Positions 36,165-47,473 of a DNA stretch of 64,000 nucleotides are shown piece after piece. Source of the DNA: Psammoneis japonica (taxonomy: Eukaryota); NCBI GenBank assembly GCA_008632985.1, contig QPGO01000039.1:372001-436000 (forward strand). Reading direction: 5' to 3'. The stretch's first letter is position 1; the number at the start of each line of letters is the position of its first letter. Made by a program: the position numbers and the translations under genes. The notes under the pieces are model-generated. The model saw only the letters and a program-made list of their open reading frames with translations. It was not told the origin of the DNA and did not search any database.

Positions 36165-36710
36165 CTACGATGCCCCTATTAGAAATGCCGAAGTGAGCGC
36201 TGGGAGAAAGGACGCGTGACCAAAACGAGCCGCCATGTCCTGTCCGGATTGGGCTTTGAGAAGGCGTGTTCTTGCGGCTACAAAGTCATCTGGCTCATCA
36301 CTTATGCATCGATTGTAGAGAATACGCTTGACTTCCAAATATTCCAATCGTTTCTCCTTTTTCTCATTGCTTCTGGATCCAAAGATGACTTTAGCCTTGG
36401 ACGATCCGTTGTTGCGAACATGATTGAGAAATGCTTGCTCCACCGCGACTCGGGTCAAGAGATGATAGTAACCAGCTTGCAGATTCTTTCCGTATCTCTT
36501 TCTCGAAGGGCAGTAAATGTAGTCCTTTTTAATCCCATTGTTGCTTTCAGAAGGAATATAGCACGGTTCGCCACCATCGAGCGTGTCAGATGGGCGGCGC
36601 CAAGATCGATATCGCATTGGAAATCGGGCGTATTTTGAATCCATTTCTGGAATATACCTGACCATCATTTCGTTCTTTTCTGCTGTCTTCTCCTTGGTAA
36701 GCTTCGACAT
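36165..36710 (-). CDS. Hypothetical protein (181 aa)
   Basis: Clean ATG-to-stop ORF with ordinary composition; no domain recognised. Confidence 0.6.
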   Translation of the reverse strand: MSKLTKEKTAEKNEMMVRYIPEMDSKYARFPMRYRSWRRPSDTLDGGEPCYIPSESNNGIKKDYIYCPSRKRYGKNLQAGYYHLLTRVAVEQAFLNHVRNNGSSKAKVIFGSRSNEKKEKRLEYLEVKRILYNRCISDEPDDFVAARTRLLKAQSGQDMAARFGHASFLPALTSAFLIGAS

Positions 36711-37154
36711 GGTTGTGTTGTGCTTCGAGAGAGGTCGATTGTTTTATGAGAATGATTCTCTTTATGGCCTCTTCCTCTTGCGTTCTCTCGACTGACTCGT
36801 GACTGCCAGAGGAAGCGAGAAGAAAGCCAAGATTAGAGTTCCCACGACTGATGCTAATGAATCTGAGTCAGGTCGCGTTTTAGTTCGTACACGCGACCAA
36901 AGATTTCAAATAAAATCTACATCAATGTAGATGAAATTTTTTTGACGTCATCCTCATTTTTTCGCGTGACTCGCCCTCATTCGTGACTAAACGTGAAGTT
37001 GGGCACTTCTGGTATCTTTTTCATCTCATCAGTTGTTCTCAACACTGACACCTGACTGACACCTCCGCTGTTTGTTGTTCGTTTGTTCCGATCTTGTCGG
37101 AACCGCCTTCTATTCTCGCTTTGTCAGTTTCCTTTCAACTGGTTTCCCGTAATC

Positions 37155-38336
37155 ATGTCGAAAGCTATTATTGCTTTTGTGGCGCTCCTTATTTCAACGG
37201 GACATTTTACTTTGGCATTTGCCCCTCCTTCTCGCCTTGTACGAGTATCCTCGACTCGCGTCTCTCGCGCAAGTAACGACGTGTTCCTTTCCAAAGGTTA
37301 CCGAGACCGAACGGAAAAGACGCAGCTGTGGGCAAAACAATCGTCGGATGATGAGAAGGCACATGGAGGAGGACCGTATGTCAATTTGAGTCTGGTCCGA
37401 CAGACAGTTTTGAACCAAGTCTTGATTGGCTTTACCATTTTCAATGGTGGATACGGTGCTCAAGTTTTGGCTCGTGATGCTCACTTTGACACCACTGCCA
37501 TTGCGCTGGGCATTGCTGGAGTAATCCCTCTTATTCTGTTTTCGCGAAAAATCGAAACGAGCGAGTCGCCTGCTGTTGCGGACCTGAATTTGTCGACAAA
37601 CATGCTAGTACTACGGCAGTTTGGAGACCGGCCACAACCAATTGTGGCGTTTGTTGTATCCGCCTTTCTTGCTGGCTTAACGGGATTGGTCGAGGAAACG
37701 ACATTTCGTGGTGAAATAATGCCTGTGTTGACAGACAAATTTGGCAGTCTCCCCGCGGGCTTTGCAGCTACCACCCTCCTTTTTGCAGTTTTGCATACCA
37801 ACCCTCTTAGTTTGTTCAGGGGACGAGAAGCGTTTTTAGATACAGCCGTTTTGATTGCTTACCAACTCGTGACGGGATCCATCTTTGCCACTCTCTTTCT
37901 GGCCACTGGAAATCTTGCTGTGCCAATCATTGCACACGCCCTCTTTGATTTCTACGTCTTTTACGCGACACATTTGATTGTTACGACGCAAATGGAGTAT
38001 GCGCGCAACGAAGCTCTCATGCCGGTGGCACCGGCCAGTGTCGAGGCCAAGTGGCGTAGAGAACGTGGGGATGAGTTCTTGTTGGGCGCTCGTGAAAGTT
38101 TCTACCTTGCAGACATCAACCGTGACGGTGTGCTCACTCGGCAAGAACTGCGGATTGCTTTGTATTCATACGGTATTCGGCTATCGAGCGATGAAAGCGA
38201 AGTTGTTACGCAAGCCGCAGATAAGGACAGGAGCGGTACCATTGACTTTGCAGAATTCTTAGAGTTTGTTGGGCCCTCGGGAAGCCCCGGCAAAGCCATC
38301 AAGAACTCGTTACTGGGTGTGAGCGGGACAGGATGA
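37155..38336 (+). CDS. Plastid-targeted CPBP/Abi (CAAX protease type II) family protein with a C-terminal EF-hand pair
   Basis: Signal peptide ending TLA-FAP; GLVEETTFRG, FAVLH, IIAHALFD; EF loops DINRDGVLTRQEL and DKDRSGTIDFAEF. Confidence 0.85.
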   Translation: MSKAIIAFVALLISTGHFTLAFAPPSRLVRVSSTRVSRASNDVFLSKGYRDRTEKTQLWAKQSSDDEKAHGGGPYVNLSLVRQTVLNQVLIGFTIFNGGYGAQVLARDAHFDTTAIALGIAGVIPLILFSRKIETSESPAVADLNLSTNMLVLRQFGDRPQPIVAFVVSAFLAGLTGLVEETTFRGEIMPVLTDKFGSLPAGFAATTLLFAVLHTNPLSLFRGREAFLDTAVLIAYQLVTGSIFATLFLATGNLAVPIIAHALFDFYVFYATHLIVTTQMEYARNEALMPVAPASVEAKWRRERGDEFLLGARESFYLADINRDGVLTRQELRIALYSYGIRLSSDESEVVTQAADKDRSGTIDFAEFLEFVGPSGSPGKAIKNSLLGVSGTG

Positions 38337-38639
38337 TCGCGCATCCTGGGCAATCAAAGAGCAGTTGGCTACAAGAGCCACGTGTTTCGTTGTATTTTTA
38401 ATATGAAGTAAAACCAAATCTGGAACTATAGTCAGGCGGCTGGACTGTGGCGTAACATGGGTATCTGTTTTCTAGAGTAGTTTTGTTGAAAGTTCGCTCT
38501 CACCTCAACTTAAGCAGTTGCTGCAGCTACGAGGCTCCCTTCAATAGTGAGGATGTTTCAGTTTTGCGATTACCGCAACCCTCAGCGGCATGCTAGCTAT
38601 CGTTCGCCTAAAAAAAAATTCTGTTGCCCCTGGGTTCTG

Positions 38640-40514
38640 TCAGACGCTCCTCACGTAGACGTTCTCATCCCAAGCATTCAACAATCTCTCAGGCCCTTTC
38701 CCTTCGAGAAGCTCTCCTTGTTGCACGGTCAAGTGATTATAGATTTTTCCCAAATGCCTGGCTGTACCCGGTCCTATTCGTTGCACTACATGATGTGGCT
38801 GGATGTCCGCCCACGAGCTGACTCCAGTCGCTTCCATGACTTGTACACATGCGTGAACGGTTTCACGGTGAAAGTTTGCGACCCGCACATGCTTGACGGT
38901 AGGGTCCAAGCCCCACGCTAAATCCGGATTTTGGGTTGTTATTCCCGTAGGGCAAGTGTTGGTGTTGCATTTTAATGCTTGGATGCAACCCAAGGAAAAC
39001 AAAAACGACCGCGCGGCGTTGCACACATCGGCGCCACACGCAAAGGCCTTGTACATGGTGAAACCCGATATAATCTTGCCAGAACATACCAGAGCTACCT
39101 TGCTTTTCGATTTGTCCACCGGATCTCGTAATCCGCTTCCTACCAATACTGCATGCGCAAGCGTTAGTCCATCTGCCAGAGGCATTCCGATGGAGTTGCT
39201 AAATTCAGGCGGAGCTGCACCCGTTCCGCCCTCTCCTCCATCAATGGTGATAAAACCTGGGTGGATACCTGTCTTTACAAAGGCGCGCACCAAACTAACA
39301 AACTCTTCCGGTAATCCCATGCAGAGTTTGATCCCAACAGGCTTGCCACCAGATAGCTCTCGTAGTGTCCTAATGAACTTACATAGCTCAATGGGATTGC
39401 TAAAGGCTGAATGCCGCGGAGGAGAGTCGCAATCATGAAGAGCGGGATAGTCCAAATTACGGGCGTGGGCAATCTCTTGTGTGATCTTCTCTTTTGGCAA
39501 CAATCCACCGTGAGCCGGCTTGGCGCCTTGCGATAACTTGATTTCAATCATTCTCGTAAACTCGGCATTCTCTTGAAATAAATCTGGGTCAAAAATGCGT
39601 TGATGCTTTTCGTTGAATTTTCCGCAACCAAAGTAGGCAGTACCAATATTCCACACTACCGGTAAATCGGCTCCACCCTCCTTGTGAAACTTGCTAATAC
39701 CACCCTCGCCCGTATTGTGAGAAAAGTTTCCCAACTTTGCAGCCTGAGACAAGGCTAGAATGGCACGATCCGACAAGGCTCCGTAGGACATGGCGCTAAT
39801 GTTGAGCAATGAGGAAGAATAAGGCTGTTTGGTAGTTTCTGGATTGTTGGCACCAATAAAAACGCGTTGCTCTCCCAAAGTGGTGGGAAACATGGAGTGA
39901 CTAGCCCATTCATATCCCAAAGCATGAACGTCACGGCGTGTACCAAACGGCATGCTACTAGAGCCACTTGTGGGTGTCTGTTTGGATCGTTGATAGGCAA
40001 TGGCTCGATGCATACGAGAAAATGGGACTGCTTCGGTATCACTTTCAATGAAATACTGTCGAATTTCAGGACGAATGCTCTCCAATAGGTAACGCACATT
40101 TCCCAAAACTGGAAAGTTGCGGCGAATGGTTTGATGGGCTTGACGAATGTCCCTGATACCGACGTACCAATAGAGTGACGTGGTGGATGCTAGAAGGGAA
40201 GAAAGCAGTGTTGACTCGGCAGCGAGAGACATTAAGGTGATGGCACCGAGACCATAGCCAACCTTTCGAAACAACGATCTGTTCCAGTGTTCAACGAAAT
40301 CTGGCAGTCCACCACTTGCTGAACTAATGAGAGGTTGGCCGCCTTCTTTTTCTCTCTCCGCATCGGATATTGATGATGATGTTTTATATCGTCGATGAGT
40401 TTGATGCTGTGGTATAATGCTGTAGAAGCATCGAGTCGATGATTTAAGGCTGCTGTGAAACGCCGCGATGCTTCTTCGGGCAGCGCCATGCTTCAAAATC
40501 ATAGTCAACTTCAT
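38640..40514 (-). CDS. FMN-binding glutamate synthase family protein (stand-alone FMN domain), probably mitochondrial
   Basis: NISAMSYGALS, NTGEGG, IEIKLSQGAKPAHGG, GKPVGIK, IDGGEGGTGAAP, CIQALKCNTNTCPTGITTQ; Arg/Ser-rich presequence. Confidence 0.9.
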   Translation of the reverse strand: MKLTMILKHGAARRSIAAFHSSLKSSTRCFYSIIPQHQTHRRYKTSSSISDAEREKEGGQPLISSASGGLPDFVEHWNRSLFRKVGYGLGAITLMSLAAESTLLSSLLASTTSLYWYVGIRDIRQAHQTIRRNFPVLGNVRYLLESIRPEIRQYFIESDTEAVPFSRMHRAIAYQRSKQTPTSGSSSMPFGTRRDVHALGYEWASHSMFPTTLGEQRVFIGANNPETTKQPYSSSLLNISAMSYGALSDRAILALSQAAKLGNFSHNTGEGGISKFHKEGGADLPVVWNIGTAYFGCGKFNEKHQRIFDPDLFQENAEFTRMIEIKLSQGAKPAHGGLLPKEKITQEIAHARNLDYPALHDCDSPPRHSAFSNPIELCKFIRTLRELSGGKPVGIKLCMGLPEEFVSLVRAFVKTGIHPGFITIDGGEGGTGAAPPEFSNSIGMPLADGLTLAHAVLVGSGLRDPVDKSKSKVALVCSGKIISGFTMYKAFACGADVCNAARSFLFSLGCIQALKCNTNTCPTGITTQNPDLAWGLDPTVKHVRVANFHRETVHACVQVMEATGVSSWADIQPHHVVQRIGPGTARHLGKIYNHLTVQQGELLEGKGPERLLNAWDENVYVRSV

Positions 40515-40890
40515 TGGTGCTTAAAGCGTTATCGTGCTTTGGGAACAACAGTAGCTTCGAAAGATGAGGATTTATCGTGCTTTTGACGTTTTAGATTTTT
40601 CCAAAATTTCAAGATCTTCGTATTTGAATACAATTATATTTGACACGGCTGAAAAAAAGAGACTTTCGCATGCTCGCGATGATGATTGAGAGGTTTGAGG
40701 AGATAACCTTAGAAGACAGAGAGACGTGGTTATCGGTAAGAAACAACTGAAAAGGATGATACGTGTAGGTATTGAGGAAAGTATCGAAAGTTCTGGTGCT
40801 ACAGACAAGACAAACCACAGGGACAAAGTTTTTGGTTGATGTCACAAGCTCTGCAAAGCTGATCTTCAGAGCAGTCTCTCTCAAAATAAT

Positions 40891-43800
40891 TCAGATGTTC
40901 TCGCCATTGAATTCCAGCGACATCATGACGGCGCCATGTGTGTCTATAATGTGCTGCACTTTGGCATGTGCTCCCCAGCTGCGATAACAGTCTACGGCGT
41001 TTTCCAGATGATACGACGCCCAGTAGGTATCGCTGTCACATTCAAGATGGAACAAGGCCGCACACTCATGTGAAATGGCCATTTCATGGGTAAATCCTCC
41101 ACGAGTCGCACTCCTAATGGCTGTCTTGTAGAGCTCAGAGGCAGTTTGATGCTTGTTTTTGGTGAAAGCGATCTCTGCCTCGAGCAGCTGCGACAGATGA
41201 ACACAATCCACACTCCCGTCACCGGCGGTTTGTCGGAGTGACTTTTCAATTTGCTCTCCGATTTTTAAGTTTCTACGTTTGCGCTCACCAAGTCGAGACA
41301 ATGCCAGAGCAGACAATCCACGAAAGAAGAAGTGACGAGGTATGAGTTCGTGGCCCATTAGGACCTTAAACCCTGCATCGGACGAGCTGTCAGCATAGTA
41401 CCCGGCTTGATGATATTGATAGAAGAGGTAGCAGAGCTGCATCTTGGCGGATCTGATAAGACGATCCACGGTATGGTATTGCCTCTCCCTTCCAAGTTCC
41501 AGAATAAACTCCTCGTTTACAAGATCTGAAGATAGGCAAGTTGGATTGTTGGTGGAGTTGCCCCGCAAATTCTTGCATTGTTGCAATAAGATGCGATGAA
41601 AACTGCAAACGGAGTTCTGTCCGTGTCGTCTGATAACGTGAAGGTGTTCTTCCATCTCGGGAACAAGCACATCGAGGGTACGTGAACCAGTCAAAAAGAT
41701 GGCACGGTCGTGTTCGAGTAGACAATACAAGCCATATTCTGTGTCGCCCACTTGCATACCCACCTGGTATCCATAAAGCAACGGCCTTATGGATGATCGA
41801 AGATCATGTGTCCAGCAATTTGCATATGCGTACACCCCCAATACTGCAGCAGCGAAAGCTTCTTTTGTTTCGAATCGTTCGGTTAGGGCCAGCGCAACTT
41901 CAGCTGCAAAGTCCAAATAAGTGATTCAAGGTAAGAGTCACATGTCGACAGTATGAGGCACGATTTTAGTATCGATACACTTACAATACATGTATGCCAA
42001 CTTCCAATCTCCCAGTGCAACGCCGATGGCCATGCCATAAGCGCCAAAGAATGAGGGGTGGTTACTCGAAACACCATACTTAATAGCCCAACGTACTGTC
42101 TTCATGGAGAGTACAAGGAAGAGATTCTTCGAGAAAACAAACGAGCATCCCCCCATTAGACTTATGATTTTCATTGCAGCAAGTCGTTTCTCATCTTCGA
42201 GGAGATGAAGATCAGTCAACGACGCAAGAGTGTGGTTCTTGAGAAGCAACCGGGTCTTTCCAAACTCCCAAAGAACTCGTTGCACGCTCGGATTTGATGG
42301 GAGATCGCAGATTCCAATGTCCTTGAGTAAACCAAGGCATGTCACCACTGCGTCCTTGTACCTCTCCTCCGCTGTATACGAACAAATACTAACCAAGTGC
42401 GCCCTCAGTTTGTCTTTGAATGGAATGTCTCGTGAGAACAGTGCGGCGAGGTGGGATTCAAGTGCAGTCTTATCTCCAGAGCAGAATGGCCTCCGCAGCT
42501 CCACTGTAGAGATCGAGTGTTTCCTGATACTCACTGGACCATGAGGCATGACCGAGACAATGCAGACCCGACTCATAGTATGTCAGAGCACGACGAAAGG
42601 CTCCCTTGATCATTGATTCGTTGCCGGACAGAAGATTATACTTTGCAAGTCGCGAGAGCTCGCCTTCTTCGAGAAGCGACATGCAACCGTTGCACAAGTC
42701 AACTGCCAAGAAGAGGTTGTCGTCAAGCTCAGATCCTCCTGAATCAAGTAGCAGCTTTCCTATTGACAACTGCCGAGCATGTGATTGCTCCTCAGATTTC
42801 ATTCCGAGGACAGCATCTTGAATCTGATCGTGGACAAAAGACAGCATGTCGCCCTCCTTTTCCAGCAGCCCGAACGCAACACAATCATCAACGATGCTTT
42901 CTATCTGCACAGAGGCCTCGGATAGTTCGGTGCCAGCGATCCCCGATACGACCAAGGTAAGAGTGTCTTTTCGGAATCGGTGTCCTAGATACGCAGCACA
43001 TTCAAGCAATAGCTGCGTCTTGCTATTGACTTGTTGTAACTTACTCTTCACCAGTTCTTCCACATTATCAGTTGAAACCATTTCCCGAATCTTACCGAGA
43101 TCCCAGCTCCATTTGAGTGTACCAAAGTTAAACGTTAACATCTCCTTGTCTTTCAGAGCCCGCAAGAACTGTATCACAAAGAAGGCGTTTCCGCGCGTCT
43201 TTTTATAGACAACCTCAGAGAGTGGTCTAGCAGTTTCCGCGTCCATTCTTAAAGCCGTGGCAGTGATTGAACTAACAGTGTCTTGGTCCAATTCTGTAAC
43301 TTCAACCCGTCTCACATCTACTTTTTGCTCCTTAAATGATCGAAGCTTTTTTGTAAAGTGGTGATTCTCATGGAGCTCATTACTTCTTGCTGTCATGACT
43401 AGAAAGAAGGACGAAATACTTGAATCGGTCATAAGAGACTCGACAAGCTCTAACGATACTTCGTCGGTTCGCTGCATATCGTCAAGTACCAGGACAAGTG
43501 GGTGATGTTCATTCGCCACAGCTCGGATAAACTTTTGCACGCAATATTGAATCTGCCCGCTCCTTCCTTCTCCAACGTTATCGTTTTTTCGTTGCTTTCT
43601 GTTTTCCTCAAGTAGTCTATCAAGGCTCGGTACCATAGATCCAAGCACGTGGCTACTCTCTCTAAGGGTCTCTCGAATACTATCACGAATTCTGTTTATG
43701 GTAGCGTCATCGCGTTCCATTATTTGACAAACAAGATGAGAGAATGCGTCGGTGAAAGCCGCACAGGGGGTTGCGCTGTTTCGAACATCAAATTTCCCAA

Positions 43801-44260
43801 TGACGAAGAACCCTTGGAGCTCTGCAACATGGGGTTGAAGCTCGAGGGCAAGTTTGGTCTTTCCTGTACCAGAAAAGCCTGTGAGGTAGACAGCTCGGCA
43901 GCAATTCAGACTGGTCGGTTCGACAGACGTTGGCTCGACTCCTCCAAGGCTCTTCAAAAATGTTTCCTTCAAAATTTTCTTCTCGACATCTCTTCCGTAG
44001 ACCTCTATTTCAGACAGGTTGAGCTTGTTTAATGTAAATTCGTCACTTGATAGTATATCTCTATCTGAGCGAGCAGCCGTAGTGATTGTGAGTTCGCGTT
44101 TTGCTAATTCTGCGAACTCGTGAGACACGGACACTCCCTCGGTTGATCCCGTTGTCGATGATGACACTGTATTTTGAGACACCGTATAGCCATCGCTAGA
44201 ACTTGGTTTCCCGTTCTTTGCGGACTTCCAAGATCCCTTGTTAAAGACTTGCACAATCAT
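40891..44260 (-). CDS. STAND-class AAA ATPase (AAA_16-like) with helical/TPR-like C-terminal region
   Basis: VYGRDVE, Walker A GFSGTGKT, Walker B LVLVLDD, KTRGNAFFVIQFL, FVHDQIQDA; intron 41904-41984; frameshift near 42485. Confidence 0.8.
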
Positions 44261-44832
44261 GGCGTCTGAGATCACAAATCCGCAGGGAACGGCACCTGCT
44301 TTCGATTTCCGTGGTCCTGACTCCAGCAACAGTCCGATTGTACCTTTCTCAAAAGTCACACAGCAATCAAATACCAATGCCTACTTCTGGGGGGTGATCA
44401 ATGCTCTCTAATAGAGTGGTAAGGTAATGTGTGTTTGTTTTGTTCGTTGCATGCAATGTTGGAAGATAAATGGCCTGATCTTGGATCTGGTGCGTTTGGT
44501 CCAAACCACGCAATTTGGGTCTGTAGAAACGTACTGGACGAAAACGAATCACTACGACATGTACAGTACCGTATGTGATACTGTACAGTACTGTATGTTG
44601 TAAAAAATGAGAACACTGCTGGTGGCTGGCCGGCTCGATGAGAATTCCGATGATGACGACGAACCGGCCGAGCGAGCAAAATTCCAAAAAAATCTGTCCA
44701 AGAGGTTATGTGCAGAAGAGAATCATCAGTAGCATCGCGGCCAAGATGTATGGAACGGCGAAAGCATCATGGGATTCAGGAGACACGGGTAGATAAACGT
44801 GGTTATCTATAAGAAACAAACGAAAAGATTCG

Positions 44833-46152
44833 ATGGTCTCTCAACGACGTGTAGGTACAGGCGAGAGTATCGAAAGCTCTGGTGCCATTGAAAAGGCAAA
44901 CTATACTGACGAACTTTCGTTCATGTCACAAGAACTCTGTGATGAAGATCTTCAAAGCATGCTCGCTGAAAATGCAAATCAAAGTGGATCGTTACTAAAA
45001 ACGGTGCCAAAGTCCTTGCACTTTCCCTTGACAACCTCACTCAGACACTCGCTTCGTGTGTTGGATCTTAGCCGGAACGGACTTCGGACATTGCCACCAG
45101 AAATCAAAAGTCTGCTTATGCTCCAATCTCTCAATGTCAGTCGGAATAAGCTTGTCTCGATACCTTCAGAAATTGGACAACTGCTGCATTTGACTCATTT
45201 GAATGCTCTTTCAAACCACTTGAAACTTACTACTATCCCAATAACCGAGTTGGCGGCGCTGCCAAAGCTTGCGTCTCTTGACTTGAGATATAATCCAAAG
45301 CTCAAGGAATCGGCTCGGTTGGCACTGATGGACAAATTCGACACGGATCGCGTGGAAATCTTGGTGACTACGGCCAAGAATAAGCAGAACACTACAAAAC
45401 TATCGGCAGGCGAACGTGACGCGACGCAACTCCGTTCTCAATTGGAACCGTATAGTACACCGCAGCTCAAGAAGCGGTTGCAAGAAAGCTTTGGTGTCTG
45501 CAATGTTGAGAATGAATTTGATCGGGAACACGTGATGCAGCGTGTCTTGGAATGCTACGCTGCAGCACCATCACGAACGATCCGTCGTGTACAGGGAACA
45601 GCGATTGATTCAGCAACCCTCGAGAGCTTGCTAGTTGAAATGAAGGCGATTGAATGGCCTGGAACGACTAGAGAACGTCCCAAGATCTCGGCGGAACAAT
45701 ACATGATCCTTCAACGACCCACGAGTGCTAATCTGAAAAGCAAAAATGCTCGTCTGCAAGCCTCCAAACTGGAACGATATCAAGGAATATGGAACAAGGC
45801 ATTGGAGGCCATTGACGAGGTTGACAAGGAGTTTGCGGATCGCTTCACAGCGCTGGCAGTCACCAAGGACTTTCGTGGCTCACCTCACATTGACACGCTC
45901 AACATTGCACCCTTTTATGCCATTTCCATGGGTGACTTTGACGGCGGCGGGAAAATTTGTGTGGAATGCTCCCCAATGGAAGTCGCCGAGGTGGAAACAA
46001 AAGGTCGTTTTGCCAAGGTCGATGGCCGGTTTCCACATTGGGTAACACCGTACACTGGTACTAGGTACTCTTTGATTTACTATGTTACGAGTGGAGAAGT
46101 TGTACCTCAAACGACGGCGGTATTCGAGCCGACGGAGCATGAAAGAAAATAA
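44833..46152 (+). CDS. LRR protein with C-terminal 2OG-Fe(II) dioxygenase-like domain
   Basis: LRRs (LDLSRNGL, LNVSRNKL, LDLRYN); HxD (PHID), GDFDGGG, distal His (PHWV), RYSLIYY. Confidence 0.75.
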   Translation: MVSQRRVGTGESIESSGAIEKANYTDELSFMSQELCDEDLQSMLAENANQSGSLLKTVPKSLHFPLTTSLRHSLRVLDLSRNGLRTLPPEIKSLLMLQSLNVSRNKLVSIPSEIGQLLHLTHLNALSNHLKLTTIPITELAALPKLASLDLRYNPKLKESARLALMDKFDTDRVEILVTTAKNKQNTTKLSAGERDATQLRSQLEPYSTPQLKKRLQESFGVCNVENEFDREHVMQRVLECYAAAPSRTIRRVQGTAIDSATLESLLVEMKAIEWPGTTRERPKISAEQYMILQRPTSANLKSKNARLQASKLERYQGIWNKALEAIDEVDKEFADRFTALAVTKDFRGSPHIDTLNIAPFYAISMGDFDGGGKICVECSPMEVAEVETKGRFAKVDGRFPHWVTPYTGTRYSLIYYVTSGEVVPQTTAVFEPTEHERK

Positions 46153-46375
46153 GTACGATCGTCTAGCTTGGCAGGCTGCTCGATCAAGGAGAGGTGTTTC
46201 TGGAGAAGCAAAAAGTGAATGAACCCACGGTATCGATCAGGATGGCTTAGCTGGTGCTCTCTTTGAGCCAGAGTATGTTCCGCCTCTGGTAGTGTCAAAA
46301 GAAGTCTCGTTGGGCAAGATACTGAAGTAGTCTTTTCCTGCAGGATTCGACCTGTGCAAACTTTTGGTGGACTTT

Positions 46376-47473
46376 TCAATCCAGAGTTGCGTTTTCCCTT
46401 TCAAGGCTGTACAAATAGTCCATACACGGACCCCCTTGTACCCGTGATCGACTCACCGCTTTTGTCCAGTGAATAACACCGTGCTGTCTTTCTGCCCGTT
46501 CCCGTCTTGTAATATTCAAGGTCGAATTCCATGCGACAATTTCCCCAAAAGTTCCACCCAAGTCTCCAATTATATAGTTTGGGGCTGAAGTTTTTGATAT
46601 CATTTGTATTTGCTTTGAAAATTTGCCAGTCATAGTACCCCCGTCAAACTTCTCTTCAAAGGTTCGTTCCCTGCCGAGAAACCTTGTAAATGCATGTTTC
46701 AGCGCGTCTGGCCCCGTAACAAAGACCACTCTTGGTTTTGCGATATTGTCCAGGTACAAGACGCGATTGAGAATTTCCATCATGCAGTAGTATGCAATGG
46801 GATGGCGGGGCTCCATTGCCATAAACCACTGGCTTGGTCTGTTCCATGCGTCATTAAAGAAGAATGCTGTGCTATTTGGTAAAATAGTGCTTTCGTCAAA
46901 ACTCTCTTGTGGCCAGTTGTCAATATCAGTATAGATACCGCCATATCTGTAAAGAATAAGAATGCGCCACACATCGACTTTCATTGCTCCCTTGAACTTG
47001 ACGCATTGCATGATTTTTGCCAAGTGTGGAAACTCGGGCCAGCCATCCTCGTACATCAACCTGTCAATAGAATCATCGTCGTGAAAGAAGATTGAATGTT
47101 TTGGAAGTGCGGCTTTCCATTTATCAACTGTTTTTGATAGGTCTGGGGGAAGACAGCGAGACTTCATGGTAATGTGGATTATTCTTGGTATTTTGTAATT
47201 GTCCTCGTCGGGATCATTCTGGACAAGATGGTCGTACACTGGAACTAACGGTGCAGAACAGTTCATGGCTTTGATATGGCCCATTGTCAGGGACTCAAGA
47301 GGGATAGGGGAGTGGGTTTCAAATTTAGCGGGCATGTCAACGTCTTGTGGTATAATCTCCGGCAGAACCCGCGATGTGAGTTCCGTCTGAAACAGAACAA
47401 CGGCCACGATCAGTGTCAACGGCAAGAGCGTTCTCAAAGGCAAGAGCAAGTTGTTCAAAGGCGCTCGCATCAT
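46376..47473 (-). CDS. Glycosyltransferase family 32 (OCH1-like, DxD)
   Basis: KIPRIIH, GAMKVDVWRILILYRYGGIYTDID, VTGPDAL; type II TM anchor. Confidence 0.88.
   Translation of the reverse strand: MMRAPLNNLLLPLRTLLPLTLIVAVVLFQTELTSRVLPEIIPQDVDMPAKFETHSPIPLESLTMGHIKAMNCSAPLVPVYDHLVQNDPDEDNYKIPRIIHITMKSRCLPPDLSKTVDKWKAALPKHSIFFHDDDSIDRLMYEDGWPEFPHLAKIMQCVKFKGAMKVDVWRILILYRYGGIYTDIDNWPQESFDESTILPNSTAFFFNDAWNRPSQWFMAMEPRHPIAYYCMMEILNRVLYLDNIAKPRVVFVTGPDALKHAFTRFLGRERTFEEKFDGGTMTGKFSKQIQMISKTSAPNYIIGDLGGTFGEIVAWNSTLNITRRERAERQHGVIHWTKAVSRSRVQGGPCMDYLYSLERENATLD

Noticed and set aside
38640..40514. Bacterial contamination or recent HGT suggested by an intronless bacterial-type glutamate synthase domain
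   Set aside because: It has an organellar presequence and sits among intron-containing genes of similar composition.
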